Counted from the stretch's first letter, positions 45,401 through 59,483 are shown. The stretch: DNA of 64,000 bases from Nitrospirales bacterium (GCA_965203295.1 CBDBCZ010000017.1:2304001-2368000), one strand, 5' to 3'. Notes: generated by a model not told the origin, from the sequence alone. Program-made: numbers and translations.

Positions 45401-48141
45401 TATCTGACAAAAGAGTTATAGTCTCCATTGGCCACTCTGCCTCACCGATACTCTGTGATGAAGTGCGCTCATTTGAGGCCATCATAACAATAGATTGTCA
45501 GAGCATTCCAACGGTTGAAACACTGAGAATTTAGTACTCATATGATGACACCACAGTCTTCTTGCCCAATTGCATGCGCGTGATGTCACATCCGGGACGG
45601 ACGGACAAACCAAGTATTGATGTATCAAATAACTGTGGTACCACATGCAACTCTATACATATTGTTTGGGCTGTACTTATTTAATGCAGGCTATTGGCAG
45701 CTTAATTGAGCTGATGAAGCTAATGGGACCATGTTATATTGCACAAGTGAAAATGAAAGTGCTGGCTATCCTATAAGGTACAGTTGTATGGATAGTATTT
45801 TGATGATTAGTTATAAGAGAGTAGTCAATATGGATATGTACGACATGTATTTTGCTGCATGTCTGCTTGCTATAGGCACTGTCTACAACTAGGAGATGAA
45901 GAAATAACTGAATTGACCCTTTCAGCTTGGAACTGTTTCATCCATAGGTAAGCTGTCAGTGAGAGTACATTTTAGAAACACTCAGAACATAGTCTAGCTC
46001 ATTGGTGTGTGTGTGTGTGTGTGTGTGTGGAGATGAAAACACAAAGTAGATAGCTCAATTAATTTCCTTTTTTGTCTTTCATTTGCCCATTGTAGCAACG
46101 TACGATTCATTCTCAGCTACATAAGTCAATCTTGTGCAAAGTATTAGCAAGGTTTCATACATGGGAAAATTATGATGCATTAGGACAAGGTGCAATGGGA
46201 CCTGATCAATTATACTTGCAACACCTTTGTACATACTTGTAGTTTTAGTTTGTACTGACACGTCATAATGGTTTGAACGCAAACTTGGGGGTAGTCAGCT
46301 AAGCTGCTGAACCCACCAGATTCAATCTCTGGCCAGTTGTTTTGTAATAATTTGCTGTGGGGCATGCTCCCAAATTCCCCTAGAAGGATGTGAACTATTC
46401 CAAAAGGATTCCCCATGGTACGATGACACATTACTGTATCACACATTAAATATGTGATCTTCATACATAACGTCAAGATTTTAAGAGTATGGTGTTCTTT
46501 GTTTCCCTCTAGTGTGGAGCTGGAATCCTTGGGCCCCTTGCTGGGTCAGATAGTGGTTACACTCTCTCCTTTTGCTGATCACCACTCAGCAACTGTATCA
46601 AAAATCTTTGACTTTCTTATCATTCAGAACAAGTGAGTACTTGATTTGTGTATTTGTGAAGAACTCCACCAAAATACCAGTAGATACAATGTCATGTATG
46701 TGTTTCAGTATTTGTTGTTTCAATTTTTTTCAGAGAGGTTCTTGGGTCTTTCTTTGATGAGATCTACTTCATGCCAGACGTGCCGTCTCTTGCTTGCATC
46801 AACACTGAGCTTAGGAAACACTCGTATACATCAAAAAGGTATCTTGTTCCAGGACAGAAGTGTTCATGTGAATGGGATGTCATAGGTAGAAGCAGGAAAT
46901 GAGGTCACGGGTTGTTATTCACACTAGTGTGTTCAATTGAGAATTTCTCAGTGCATACATACGTGTGTACATATGTGTGCGTACATATGTGCATGCATGT
47001 TTTCGGCCCACATGCTACATATTGTTTGAATCCATGATTCAATACAACATTTCAGTTCACATATGACATATCCATGATCCAATTCAACTTTTGAAACTTT
47101 TACGAGACTACGCAATGGTTTGCATTCACCTGGTTTGTACAGCTGGTAATTATACATGAATTCTAATTGGAGGTTGATACTGGGAAGCTAGAAGGAACAG
47201 TATAATGGAGCTTAGTAAGCTGATGTTGTTTATATACCACTACCATTACTTGCACTAGAACCCATCATATTGTAGGAGCATGTACTGAATGAGTTGGCTG
47301 GACTTGAGTTGTGCATTAACCCATATACGTAGTTGCTACTATTTTCCTCTTCCAGCCTCCACCAGCAACTACAACATGTCCTAAGAGGGGCATGCCATGA
47401 GCGTTCTGATGTGAGAATGGATGCATTGAAAGCACTACACAGACTGTTGAGATCCAATCGAGTTTAGTTATTTGTATTATGATCAATATATGAACTGTAC
47501 ATACAGTGCATGTTCATGTAAGCTTTAAAACAATTCTTGTTCTGTTTATGCAGGTGGAGTTGGAGAAGTGCATGGTAGGAAGTGACACTGTTGATCCAGT
47601 CATTACAGAGATTGTAACAACAGTAAGTTGATTTCGCTTCATGAAGGAATGAAATTATGTCTATCTGACGTATTCCATACTCAATATTTTGTTCTCAAAA
47701 TTGCTGCTTTGTCCTCAGCTTCTAAAAGGTCCGCGAGGCACTAGTTTTGAGCTTCGAGAAGAGTTGGGAGGTGTCTAGGAGAACTTGGAGCTGTTGATCT
47801 CGGAAAGTATGTGCTGGTATACCACACTTTTGTCATACAATTCTGTATTCTAGGTCAGTGTTGTACTAACTTGCAGCTGCCCAAGGAGTAGCATTCATAC
47901 CCAATACTGTCCTACCCTTGAACCCACCGGAGACGTAATTTTACTGACCAAATTTAGATTAGTGTTATGTCACATTTATGGGGGCGGGTATGTTTTCGGA
48001 TTATGTACTTGCGAGCATCCTGTTAACTGCCTTATGATGCCCCTTACTTGCTTGTGCTTGTGTATAATAATATGCCTGCTGTACATCCCCAGGCTGGATA
48101 TTCCCATGGTGCCAACTTCGAAGACTGTGAAGTACTTTGAG
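42458..48141 (+). pseudogene. ATR: Unprocessed fragment of ATR kinase (UME/HEAT region), ~10 exons, disabled
   Basis: Exons 42458-42640, 45120-45236, 45690-45777, 45876-45947, 46513-46632, 46734-46838, ~47356-47462, 47554-47622, ~47719-47806, 48093-48141 give EYLQPHL, SLIELMKLMGP, AWNCFIH, LGPLLGQIVVTL, IFDFLIIQN, EIYFMPD, HERSDVRMDAL, SDTVDPVI, CLGELGAVD, collinear with ATR as recalled; a 13-bp duplication, a stop and frameshifts. Confidence 0.85.
42850..43930. repeat. ~1.1-kb foldback element in an ATR intron
   Basis: 42900-43395 is an imperfect inverse of 43465-43930; same family as 2915-4310. Confidence 0.8.
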
Positions 48142-49298
48142 GTATACACGTATACTTGCTTACTAGTGATTTCTATTAGCCTTGTACTCATCTAATAAAT
48201 TCAGGCAGAGGCTGAGTACAATGCATTCTTGTTTTAGTTTGTTCATATAATGAAGGATATACTTTGTTGACATTACATGTATATAAGTATGTGTGATTGT
48301 AGCACAACTAACTTACATGTACGTTTGTACGTAGCTTACAGGCTCTGGTATAATATTGTTGGTGTAATTTGTATCTGCACTTCATTCAAACAGTATTTAG
48401 TACTAGTGCTGTTGTTACGGGAGGTATGCTACAAAACACTGCCAGTGTTTTTGCTGCTGTTTCCATTACAGTTATGCAATGGGATACAGCCTTACTTTGA
48501 TTATGTACATACCTGTAAGTGTAATGGATAAAATGGCTGTTGTCAAGACATGTAGGTGGGTAGCCTTGTATTCAATCGCATTGAAATTGGGAAATGTGTG
48601 TCTGGGTTCCACGTGGATTTCAGTGGGCATGTATCAAGTGACATCTAAATAGTGGGTGTGTACAACAACGTAGTTCACACAGATTATTTACTAATAGCTA
48701 TACTGTGACATTGAGGCGTCCTGTTTAACTTACTTGTGCCTATAGTCCGTTAGTCATGGGCACAATACATGCTATTTAACTACATAGCAGAAGCTATATT
48801 GTTGGGGTGAGCCAGCACGATAATAGTGAATAACAAGAGGTATTCTTGGTTTTTACTGGTCGTTCTAATTGGTGAATTTTTTTCCCGCTGATGAGTGTTA
48901 TTGTAGTCTCTGACAAATGAATCAGGTTAGCTCATGACTACTGACTACATGCAAATTCAGCCACGTTGCAGTGAGCTCACTAACTTGGCAGGCCATATAA
49001 TTTTACAGGACCAAACCATTTGCAATGGCCCACGAAACTATTCAGTCATGCGAGTAAGCTTGCTATCGTTGATAGACAAAATTAAGCAGCAATATGTGCA
49101 TGCGTGCTCAATGTTTGATAGCAGACAATTAGTAGCCATGGGTGCATGGGTGGAATGGACATCACACAATTGCACCCCTGGCATAAAACCATTACGCATT
49201 GTTTTTGAGAGAAACGTAATATACAGTACAATGTCAGCATTCTAAGACTCATTTAGGCATTTGCTCTTCCTGTCATCAAATTACTTTCCCCTACCCAG

Positions 49299-50628
49299 GT
49301 GAAAAGTGGAACAGTAATTGTCAGTTTACGCAAGAATAAGAAAGACAGGTGGCAGTTCCTTACCCACCGAGAAAAAAAACTAAAGGATGCCAAAGAATAT
49401 GTTGTGGTACATTATTACAGTGTGTGGGGGATTTATAGTGTGTGTGGGAATTAGAGCTGGCTCTACCTACAACTTTGACCTTAGGGAAGTTAGTTGCCCT
49501 TGAAAGTGTTCCTTGGCAGTTTCTGGGACACAACTCCCTACAGCCAATAATGTACGTAAGTTAGAGCCCTCATTTCCAGGCTCTAGCTATTCAAGTGGGC
49601 TGTGTACCTGTTGATACTAATGTGGTTTAACAACAACATAGAGAAGCAGATTTAGATCTGTTCTGGAGTATAAGTACCCAAGTACCAAGCTACAATCCAC
49701 CTCCTGAACCGTAGCACCCAAGCAAATAAAAGTACCCAATGAATATAAGTACCCATCAGACAACTAAATGCAAACTTACCAGTGCAGCAATGTCTTCAGT
49801 GCCATAGATATACTGCAAACCAGTGATGACGGCACTAGGGTCATCAAAATCTCCGGTATAAGCGTACAGTACTTGGATGTGTGGGGATGTTATTACATTT
49901 TGACACATGATGCCAAATGACCCCTGTTGTGTGTGTGTGTGCAAACAGAGTCTACTGTGCATTTTCTCAGTGCAGATTGTGTGGTGTACTTATAATCACA
50001 GGATACTTTTCAACAATGAAAAAATACAGTATTACAACAGCATGCACAATGAAACTGTTTTTGTCTCGACAGTTACTTTTGCAATTTTCGACTTACTGTA
50101 CACTGTGGCCGATGTAGTGCTGTTCTTATAGCCTCATTCCCAGGCTCTCTGCCCAGCTTTTTTTCACACGTAGTAAAACATGCGTGTGAAAAAAAGCTGG
50201 GCAGAGCCTGGGAACGAGGCTACTGTTCTTACACATGGGTGGTCTCTCTTCGCACCGTGAAGTGCATACTCACAAGGCAGTTCTATGTCCCCACGGATGG
50301 CCCGCTCCAAATAGAAGTACCCATACTTATGCTCCAAAGTTTACATTATTAGCATCTCTTTAATAAACTTTTTTACCTCTTGTATGTTAGACTTCATATT
50401 TTAGCTTTTGCTCTAGAACACATAAACTGATTATTCAGTCAGCTGGTATTTTGTCATTGCCGTAAAAAAAACCCTCCAAGGGAATCAACGAAGAAGACCC
50501 TGGAGCAGGCCTGATGAACATGATGAAGCAGGTATCAAGATGGTGATGTTGAAATGAAGAGAACCATCGCTAAGTCGTGGTATGAGTCCAAGCAGAATAG
50601 GATAGCAAAAGGCGAAGGTGAATTTTAA
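49299..50628 (+). pseudogene. CACYBP: Calcyclin-binding protein/SIP 3' exons (CS end + SGS domain), frameshifted
   Basis: VKSGTVIVSLRKNKKDRWQFLTHREK (49299-) and EEDPGAGLMNMMKQ/YQDGDVEMKRTIAKSWYES..* (~50465-50628) with a frameshift between KQ and YQD. Confidence 0.78.
50129..50222. mobile_element. 94-bp palindromic MITE with 9-bp TSD (Mutator-like)
   Basis: TAGCCTCATTCCCAGGCTCT...AGAGCCTGGGAACGAGGCTA; CTGTTCTTA on both sides. Confidence 0.85.
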
Positions 50629-51864
50629 ACTTGGAAGTTACTGCTTTAATCTGCAAGCTGCATGTTCTGATTCTACACTTTTTCTTGTGCAATGGAACAT
50701 GAGCTGTTTAGTACAATAATTGTAAGTAAATTATGCAACAGGATAATTAGGACTTAATTGTACATTATTATATTATGCATGCCTTGCCATGAGCTGTTTA
50801 TATAGTACACCAGTTCTCATAAAACTTGACAGCAAACTAGAAATGGTAAAACCACTGACTCCTAGGGTAAATGCTTTGATTCAAGAAGTGATCACCTTTC
50901 AGGAGAGGACTTCAAAGCCTAATTAATCACTCACCCACCCATTAGTGTAGTAGGCTTTACTTGCGAAGGTAGTGAAAACTGCCGTAATCATAATATGCCT
51001 AAGTCATAATGCCTCACTCTATATACTTAGACTATGGTATGCATAATCTACTTTGATTTTTTGACTTTAATGAGGTCTCTAAAATCCATTAGACCCCTCA
51101 TCAAAAATTCATATTTCATATAGAGAAATTGAAAGCTGGAAACCATAGTCTAAGCTAGTTAGTGATCTCAGATAGGTATCTTAGCTGTTTAGAGACCTTC
51201 AGGATGCTCCTATAATCACCGAGGGCAAAGGTCTTCAGGTCTCTAAAACAGCTAAGATACCTGCCTGAGGTCACTAACCTATACTCAACCTCATTCCCAG
51301 GCCATGTGTAAAATTTTGAGCACCTGAGAACAAGGCTACTGTAACCACTGTCTCCAGACATGATGCTGTATTATTAATTAATTACACTGCGGAAGAGTGG
51401 TTTAAAAAAAATAGGAGTGACCCAAGTGAAAAGTGAATGCAAGGTTGCACATTTAATCTTATAACAGACTAATGTGAGTAAATAATTGTAGGTCCTTCTT
51501 ATGAAGGCAGTACATGTACCTACGTATAATAGTCACTGTGAATAAAGCTGTAGCTGTACTTGGTTCTCACAAAGGTGAGGAATACAACGAAGCCATCATG
51601 CAGTGTAATGTAGCTACTGTTGGCCAAGTCTTGTAGCCTTTAAGTATACACGGTTATTACACACACTGTCATATTAACAGTTTTATTTATGGTTCAAGGA
51701 CCTATACATCCCGAGATGAAATAGACTCCAGAATATACTTGAGAGTGTATAGAAGATGCCAAGATGATACAGTGAACAAAGAATCAACTCCAAATACTTT
51801 TGATCTGTATATATGCAGTATAGGTAGTGAGATCACTCACTAACACATGGAGGCTGCAGTCCTC

Positions 51865-52787
51865 TATTCACAACATAATGAAAATGATGTGCAAAAGAAT
51901 TTTAAAGCACTTTTGTTATAATAGAAGAGACTAGCTGTATTTGATATAAAGAAAGGGTATAGGAAGTCGTGTGGCAGCTGTCTCACTAGTTGACTGAAGT
52001 ATCTGAGCTGGTCCCTCACTAACATCAGTGAAGGTGACAACTGTTTGCAGCCTCACAGGCACCATAGCAGACCCAACAGAGCAGTAGGTACCTCGACACT
52101 GGAGATAGCAGACAGATATATATGTATCATGGTGCAAAATTCGTTCAGCAATCTATTTTTCTTACATGCTACAGATTATCTCAGGGAGACTAGCAACCTG
52201 GTAAGACAGCAGACAGTTACCGACTTGTGGTATACTTGCAAAGGTTGCTGGCAGCTTTCTGCATATCAACGTATTGTTTATCTTTACAAGGTAGTTCTGA
52301 AGCTAGTTTTAGTACATTCAGTTAGCATGCAAATGCTGTATAGCTTTATGGGTTGCTGTAGACACATGGCCTAAGCAACTGGCATCAGCCTAGTTCAACA
52401 AATCAGAGGAAAAAGCAGTACATGTACATACGCTGGTGAAGAAAGGGTGAGTTGTTATTGAGAGTCTTTCATATTGTTGATTAGCTAAAGCCAAATGGAG
52501 CAACTTCTATAATAGAATACATATGTCCAACACAGAGTATTTTTATTTACACCCATCCGTCAACAGCAAATCAGTGTACATGTAATGAGTGCATTGAGTA
52601 TGGAATGGATAGAGATGCCCTTTTAGTTTTCATGTACTTCGTAATGCAAACTTACCAGTGCAGCAATGTCTTCAGTGCCATAGGTAGTGATGACGGCACT
52701 AGGGTCATCAAAATCTCCGGTATAAGCATACAGTACTTGGATGTGTAGGGATGTTATAACATCTTGACACACGATGCCAACAGACCC
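51865..52787 (-). pseudogene. Tectonic-family (TCTN) 3' exons, decayed
   Basis: IQVLYAYTGDFDDPSAVI exon (52787-52656), then CRGTYC...QTVVTFTDVSE..., and after a frameshift LPHDFLYPF, matching the tectonic C-terminal V.F.DVS...LP.DF.YPF pattern as recalled. Confidence 0.62.
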
Positions 52788-55700
52788 CTGTTTTGTGTGT
52801 GTGCAAACAGAGTCTTCCTGTTAGTATGTCAGTTCCTTTATTAATGCTGGGGATAACTAGTCTACAATGATGAATGCATTACCAATACTGATCACAGTAA
52901 ACTCATGCATACATGCAGTGTCACACAAGCACATAACTAATAAATAATGAAAGCACTGAAGTGTAAACCTCACCCAGCATTTTTAGACTATAAATGTCAC
53001 GTACATTTTGGTTAAAGGCTAGTCCCGTATGCTACCACTAAAAGTGGTGGCTTTTATGATGTATATGATTGGTTCCGCCAAGCAAACGGTAATTGCTAGC
53101 ACAATATTCAAAACTATGTCATTCAGAGGTCGAAGTACATAATGGCCGACAGCTCAGTTTGTGCAGCTTAGTTATATACACGAGCAGACGGAGATGCAGC
53201 GTTTGATGTACCAGTAGCCTGTACAGAAAGTAGCCTGTACAGAAGCAGACCACTGCGGGCATAGCCTAGTAACAGGCATTGTGCATTAAATATGCTACAA
53301 GCAAACTCACAACCGCCAGAAGAATGTTGTTTTGCTACAAGCAAACCCACAAAAATGCTGTTCGAGAATAGAAGCACGTGTAGTCATGTAAAGAGCTAGA
53401 GCCCTACGTGCTACCCCGTGACCCATTAAGGGGTGTGGTTTGCCACATCAAAAGCCTACTTCTAGAGCTATTCATGTACATGTAAACTCAACAGATGATA
53501 TTTTTCCTATTGATGTAGTGGTTCACTAAGTTAGCCTATAATTACTACTTTGAGAAGGATTTGTACCCAGGCTTCCTCTCCACCTCTTTTGTACAGTGCC
53601 TAAAAGCTGGGAGAGGAGCCTGCATGGATGAGTTTATGATAAATGGATTGGTTGCCTTATAGTGTAATAAATTTTTACAGCATTTAAATGTTGTGGGTTT
53701 GTAACTGGGTCAAGATAAGACTTTCTGGAGCCATAGTGATCACAAGGATAACAGTCTCATTTCCATGAATTAGCTATGACGATATTCTTAGCTGATTCAG
53801 TTTTACCAGCCAATGTACATTTAATAAGTATCCACATTTGCAGTCCAGCTGTAAAAATCAAGGCTGTCAGGCAGCACATTGTATGACAATCAACTTGACT
53901 GCATGGCCTAGCTGGGAACAATATAATCCTTGTCCATTGCTTAACACCCAATATTATTCTTCCCTCTCTCCTCCACACAGCCTCACTAACCTGGTAGAAG
54001 TCTCTGTATGTCTCCATCTCGAGCTGTAATGGAGGCCGGCTCCCTGGTCCCCCATATGTTTCAAGCTGTGAGGAGAACTGCTCCACAGTGCCAACGAAAT
54101 CTGGGTCATCAAACATCAGCCTGGAAGGGTCTGAAAAGAAAACAGCTTACAAAGTTGTAATTAAGAACAGTTTGCAACCCCCCAAAAAAGAGAAAAATAC
54201 AAATGTATTTAAAGGACAACAGTGAAATCCCTCTATTGTGGACACCTTGGGGACATGGTATAGATAGGTGTCCACATTTCAGGGGTAAATTCATATTATT
54301 AAGATGGGACATAGCAAAGTGTCCTTAATATAGAGGTGTCCATAATTCAGGGATATCCTTTATGAGGGGATCCACTTAATTTATAAGGGGAGACAGTGAC
54401 TATAGTTTTTACTTGCGAGTTCTAAGGTTGATTCTGAAAACCGATTTTGAATTCTCTATTTGCTATAGCCTTGTAAATTTTTTGAGGGTGGGGGGCTTCA
54501 TATATGAGAATTTAATGTCCTGTATCACTTACTGCGATCCCTCTGCACACAAAATGCTCCGGGATTTGGACATGAACACGAGTGAAGAGAAGAGCGTAGG
54601 ATGTCATCTGACTCGAGGTATACTTGGTCCACTGGGCTTTAGGGACAAACAGTGGAGCAGTACAGCAAATTCATAAGCAAATCTATTTGCCCGAAAACAC
54701 ATCACAGTAGTATCAGCTATTTGTAACATCATCATTTAAACTGGGAAAGGTATATATGGTGTAAATATCATGTTACGTAAACAGTGAAATTGAGGGGGTC
54801 TACATATTTACAGCCCTGTAATTATAAACCCTCAGGGCCTGTTGGTTTTAGATCCCTATAAGACATTTATACTAAATTGGTTCTCACAATAGCAACAATT
54901 AAGCTGGCTAACTGTGAGACGACTCTAATCTCGAGTTTTCCAGCCACCAACAACAGCTTCACTGTTGGAACCTAAATTCAGAAACTGATTCACAGACTCA
55001 TCATGACATCATGGAGACCTATCTCAGCTGCTTTTGAGTGCAGCACTACTAGCAGTGGCAAGTGGGCAATTGTGCTAGAATTAGCGCTCTCAAATGTACG
55101 TAAGTCACCTGAAGATCCAAAGGAACTTTGTCCCGAAACTAGCTACCTGCAATACAACTAGGGCCAGGCCGCACCCACATACACCATCCATCACAACCGA
55201 TGACCCGCCCCTTTGCCATCATCCAGGCGATAAACAATTAATGTTCCGTACCGATGCGCAACTTGTACTTGTCCGGTTACGCAACGCAACCCGACGCCGG
55301 TTGCGTAAAACCGTATACACCTCCACGTGGTCGATCGAACTTGCAGACTACTTGCAGGACCAGAGACGGTATGCAGTGGCTTGCACTGTGTGGGCAACTC
55401 GAAATCAGGAAACAATTTAGTATGGAGTTGTCTTTGGCCAGATCTGCGAGCAAGTGAGTCCTTAGATTTAGGGATTGGTACGACTTATTTCTGCATGAAC
55501 GTGCGCTCTCATCAGCTATCAATCCGTAATATTTCTTTGGCTGCACTATAATAAATCGTAGGTGGATGCTAAATAGTCTCGTTTCCAGACCCTCTGCGCG
55601 AACCCCACGGATTTCTCACGCGGATCCTTGGAGTGTTGAAAATTTCATCTGTACTTTAATAAGTATGATGTAATTTCCGTAAAAAAAAAATTGCCACCAT

Positions 55701-57566
55701 GTGTTCATTTGTTTACGAGTCGGACAGTGCGTGGTTAGCCTGCATACACCATATGTGATATCTGTGGACGGGGGGTTGTTCATGGTGATGCTGTGGTACT
55801 CCGTCCCTGCTTCCTGTGCAAAAGAGAGATTGCTAACTGCCGTGACTGCCGGATTCTTTATGGTGACTCGCAGCCACCAAGCACTTCCTACCGGTGTACG
55901 CGCAATATTGGGACCCCCCAAAATGGGGACCCCCGGTCCCCATATCACTAGAGATATGGGGACCGGGGTCCCCGAAATTTCTAGCGATATGGGGACCGAG
56001 GGGCCGCAAAGCGCTGGTGGTATGGAGATCCTTTATTACAAATTTATGTATCAATGTAAGCGTAGTGTACGTAAGAATTTTTTGTCACTTCTATATATGC
56101 AGTTGGCTAATTGAAGAGGTCATCCATTGTTTAGCTACATGATGGAAGAGTTTATTCACTTTGCCTCTGTTAGAGATATGTCAATGATTAGCTATTGTTC
56201 ATGTTGTAGTTGTAACCATGCTCAAAGATGCTTTAGGCCCTTTCCTGTTTTCTTGTACATAGACTTCTGACTCCTCATTTTCCCTTGTCCTTGCCACCTG
56301 TTCTTGTGCCACCTTTCTATGGAACATTCTAGAACTCTCTTCTTTTCTATATATAGTGTCTCTTTTTGCCACTGTGTAGTTGTTCAGTTGTTCAGTCTTC
56401 ACGATTACTATTGGAATGTTACTGAGAAGTTGGTGTACCTATCTACTCTGCGCATCGTTAATCTACTGAAAGCATGCGTCCCTGGCTAATTCAACTAGTC
56501 AGCGTTTGACCCGAGAAAAAACTCTACCAAAACAGCCTCAGGTACGTGCTGTCGATACTTAAACCTTGCTCTGCGCTGGTTTACGCTTGTATATATGTAC
56601 GTACGTATAGTGACTCATCTTGTGCTTGGATAAAGTGGGTACGTTGAGTCATACTCTATGTCGGGTTATGGCCGTTGCATAGTAAAAACATTGCATTTCC
56701 AGGTTTTGAAGACAAATTAGATATTTAATAATTGCATACGCATGTAACGTTACACCTGTTTGTGTACTAATGTTTGCTTGTTCGAGATGAACTCCTAATT
56801 CACAATTATTTAAACCTTACAGTTAAAACCTTATAGTGTACCTCTACTGCAGCAGTGCTGGAAATCGTATCTATTGCAGCAGTAACTGTGCAGTACTTCT
56901 TGCATGTGTTGGTCAAGCCCTCAACTATTAGGTTATTGATATGAAGGGTATACGTGTACCTATAGCATGCTGGTCTTTTACTCTTTGTTCTTCAGACCTT
57001 GCCAAGCTAGACCAACAGTGGCTTGATAATGAGCTACAGTTCCCAGTCTACCTCTCTCACTTTCAATTCTCTTGGGGGAAGATGGACCAAGATGATGATT
57101 GCAGAAAGGTACACCAAAACCCTCTGTGTGTACTACTAAAGTTATCACTATTTTGGGAGGTATATAGGTTTGTATATACCAGATCTCCATGCAGACCTTT
57201 TTTGCAACCATATGAACAAAACGAACATTATTCTGTCTCATTGATCGCATCACTGCATTTGAAATGTGATGTCTCTGAACTTCCGTATATACACCGAAGG
57301 TTATATGCGGTGCGTGGTTGCATAGATAGTTGCTGCATTTATTGAGCCCCACCAGTATGACACCTGTTCTCTATCACACACGGTCTTTTTATTCACATAG
57401 ATGTGGCATACAGTGGCTCAAAAAATTATGTTTATACAAACCTTCCTGTTGTTTTGCGGGCACGGCAGTGTGTTCCTCTCCCATGTAGAGCTAGGCCGCA
57501 AAGTACAATATCATGTGTTGTTTGACAAGGTGTATGTTAGTAAGACAGACAGCACATGGCACAATC

Positions 57567-57880
57567 AAGTTGCTCACGAATCACAAGGGATATTGACGTT
57601 GCATATATAGCTGCTGCACTGTATTGTCAGCAGAAGTGTAAGAATATACATGTGCTATCGATTATGAGTACACTACGAATAGAAGGGATCTGTGGTAGAC
57701 AGTCATTTATTTCATTCTGGTCAATTAAGTTGCTCACGAATCACAAGGGATATTGACGTTGCATATATAGCTGCTGCACTGTATTGTCAGCAGAAGTGTA
57801 AGAATATACATGTGCTATCGATTATGAGTACACTACGAATAGAAGGGATCTGTGGTAGACAGTCATTTATTTCATTCTGG
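57567..57880. repeat. Perfect 160-bp-period tandem duplication
   Basis: AAGTTGCTCACGAATCACAAGG...TTCATTCTGG starts at 57567 and 57727. Confidence 0.95.
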
Positions 57881-57913
57881 TGTGTTGTGGCTGCCTTACA
57901 TACATGTCAATTG

Positions 57914-58320
57914 CTGACATTTCATGTCTAAAAAACCAGCCGGGCACCTTTCCCGTACAATACACGCAACTCAGCTTAGGCCAAGCTACCTGCTGCTATA
58001 GAATGCGGTACAGCAAAAGTGCTGACTCAGCAGTTTCGGTGTGCGCCTCCAGTTAGTAGCTATACCCCATGAAAACGGGATCTTTAAGGCTGCCTACCAA
58101 GTTTTCGCCATCTAGGCAACACACAACTCATTTGCTGTAGCTTAGTCTGCAATCCTCCAAAAGTTGCTATACACTGCAGTTGCATAGTAACATATGACGT
58201 AATATATTGCGCACGTAATAAGTGTGGACACACAAACAAACAAACACACAGACACGGAAAACGTAAAGCAATCTTAGGACCAGCCGTTCGTGCGCTGCGT
58301 GCGCTCCAGCTGGTAAAAAT
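57914..58320 (-). mobile_element. DINE-1/HINE-like element, complete copy
   Basis: Minus strand TTTTTACCAGCTGG...CGGCTGG hairpin, GTTT/GTCT microsatellite, 3' subTIR CGGCTGGTTTTTT, stem-loop GACATGAAATGTC; further copies at 2489, ~44435 and window end. Confidence 0.7.
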
Positions 58321-59483
58321 TAGACCACCAAGTAGCCTAAGAATACCTAGTCTCAGGTCAAGCTTTGTGATGTAGTATGACATCAGCAATACATGCACTT
58401 GTAGATATGGTACTCTGCACCTGAAGAAACTGATGCATGTTAATGTCATGATGAACCCCTTCAGTCAGCAACTGGGAGTTTCTTGGAAGTCACTGTTGAT
58501 GCTATTCATCATTAGGCATAGACGTGCACTCAGAGGATACAGGGATTTGTCCTAGGGGGTCCTCAAAATTGCTCATCAATGGGGGTGATCCTTATTAACT
58601 GGAACAGCCCAATCTTGTAATTCATCTTTTTATTCTAATGTAGGAGATTGTCTGGACGTTTTGTTGATGAGATTTGCCAGGCCCCTCTTCTACCTAGATG
58701 TACATCAGCTCTGGGCTGAAAACCAAAAAGGTAACTATACCTTTGCACTTGCCATGTAGTGTGTACACATTTTACAGCATGTTAGTGTAAGTCAATTGTC
58801 TTGACAGTGTGTGTGTAATTTAAATCGGTTAAGTGTTTATATATGGAACTACATGTAGCACTGCTTTACAATTAACTTAGTGCAAGTTACAACGTAATTA
58901 ACACATCGCAGAAAAAAACGGTAACCTATTTGGCAGAGAGTGGCCATGCAATTTACATTCATGTTTGTGTTCGCATTTGCGTTCATGTGCATGTTCATAT
59001 TCACAATGCGATTCACGTTCGCCCTTTCCTAATATTTGTATGGTGGCTGAGAGTATGTCCATTTACTAACTTAATAGTTATGTACATGTACTAAGTAAGT
59101 AAAGTATGTAGATTGATATAATTTTGGACTAGGTGAACTATCATCCGCATACGTAGCTCATTGTGGTCATGCAGCCGTGACGGTATGAGCTCATTCAGTG
59201 ATGATTCTGCACAATCGTAGATGCAGGTTCTTTCGCTGTGTCGTCAGTGCTGAAAGATACTCCCAATTTCTCCAACATGGCATGTACTTGTCCGGCCTGT
59301 AAGCTTACAAATGGCAAGCCTGATGTCACTTCCTGTTCCCCTAGTGCATTTTCTATCACTGGCTCTATAGTGACGTCACCAAGGTCTTTGCATAAACTCC
59401 TGATGTGTATATCATGTGTCATACTAGGCGTCCTTTGAGTTCAGGATATAGTGCACTCAGGAATAGATGACAACATACACGTA

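Noticed and set aside
53990..59440. Isolated minus-strand exon-like segments (53990-54130, 59195-59440)
   Set aside because: Could be upstream tectonic or other gene exons, but I recognise no diagnostic motif.
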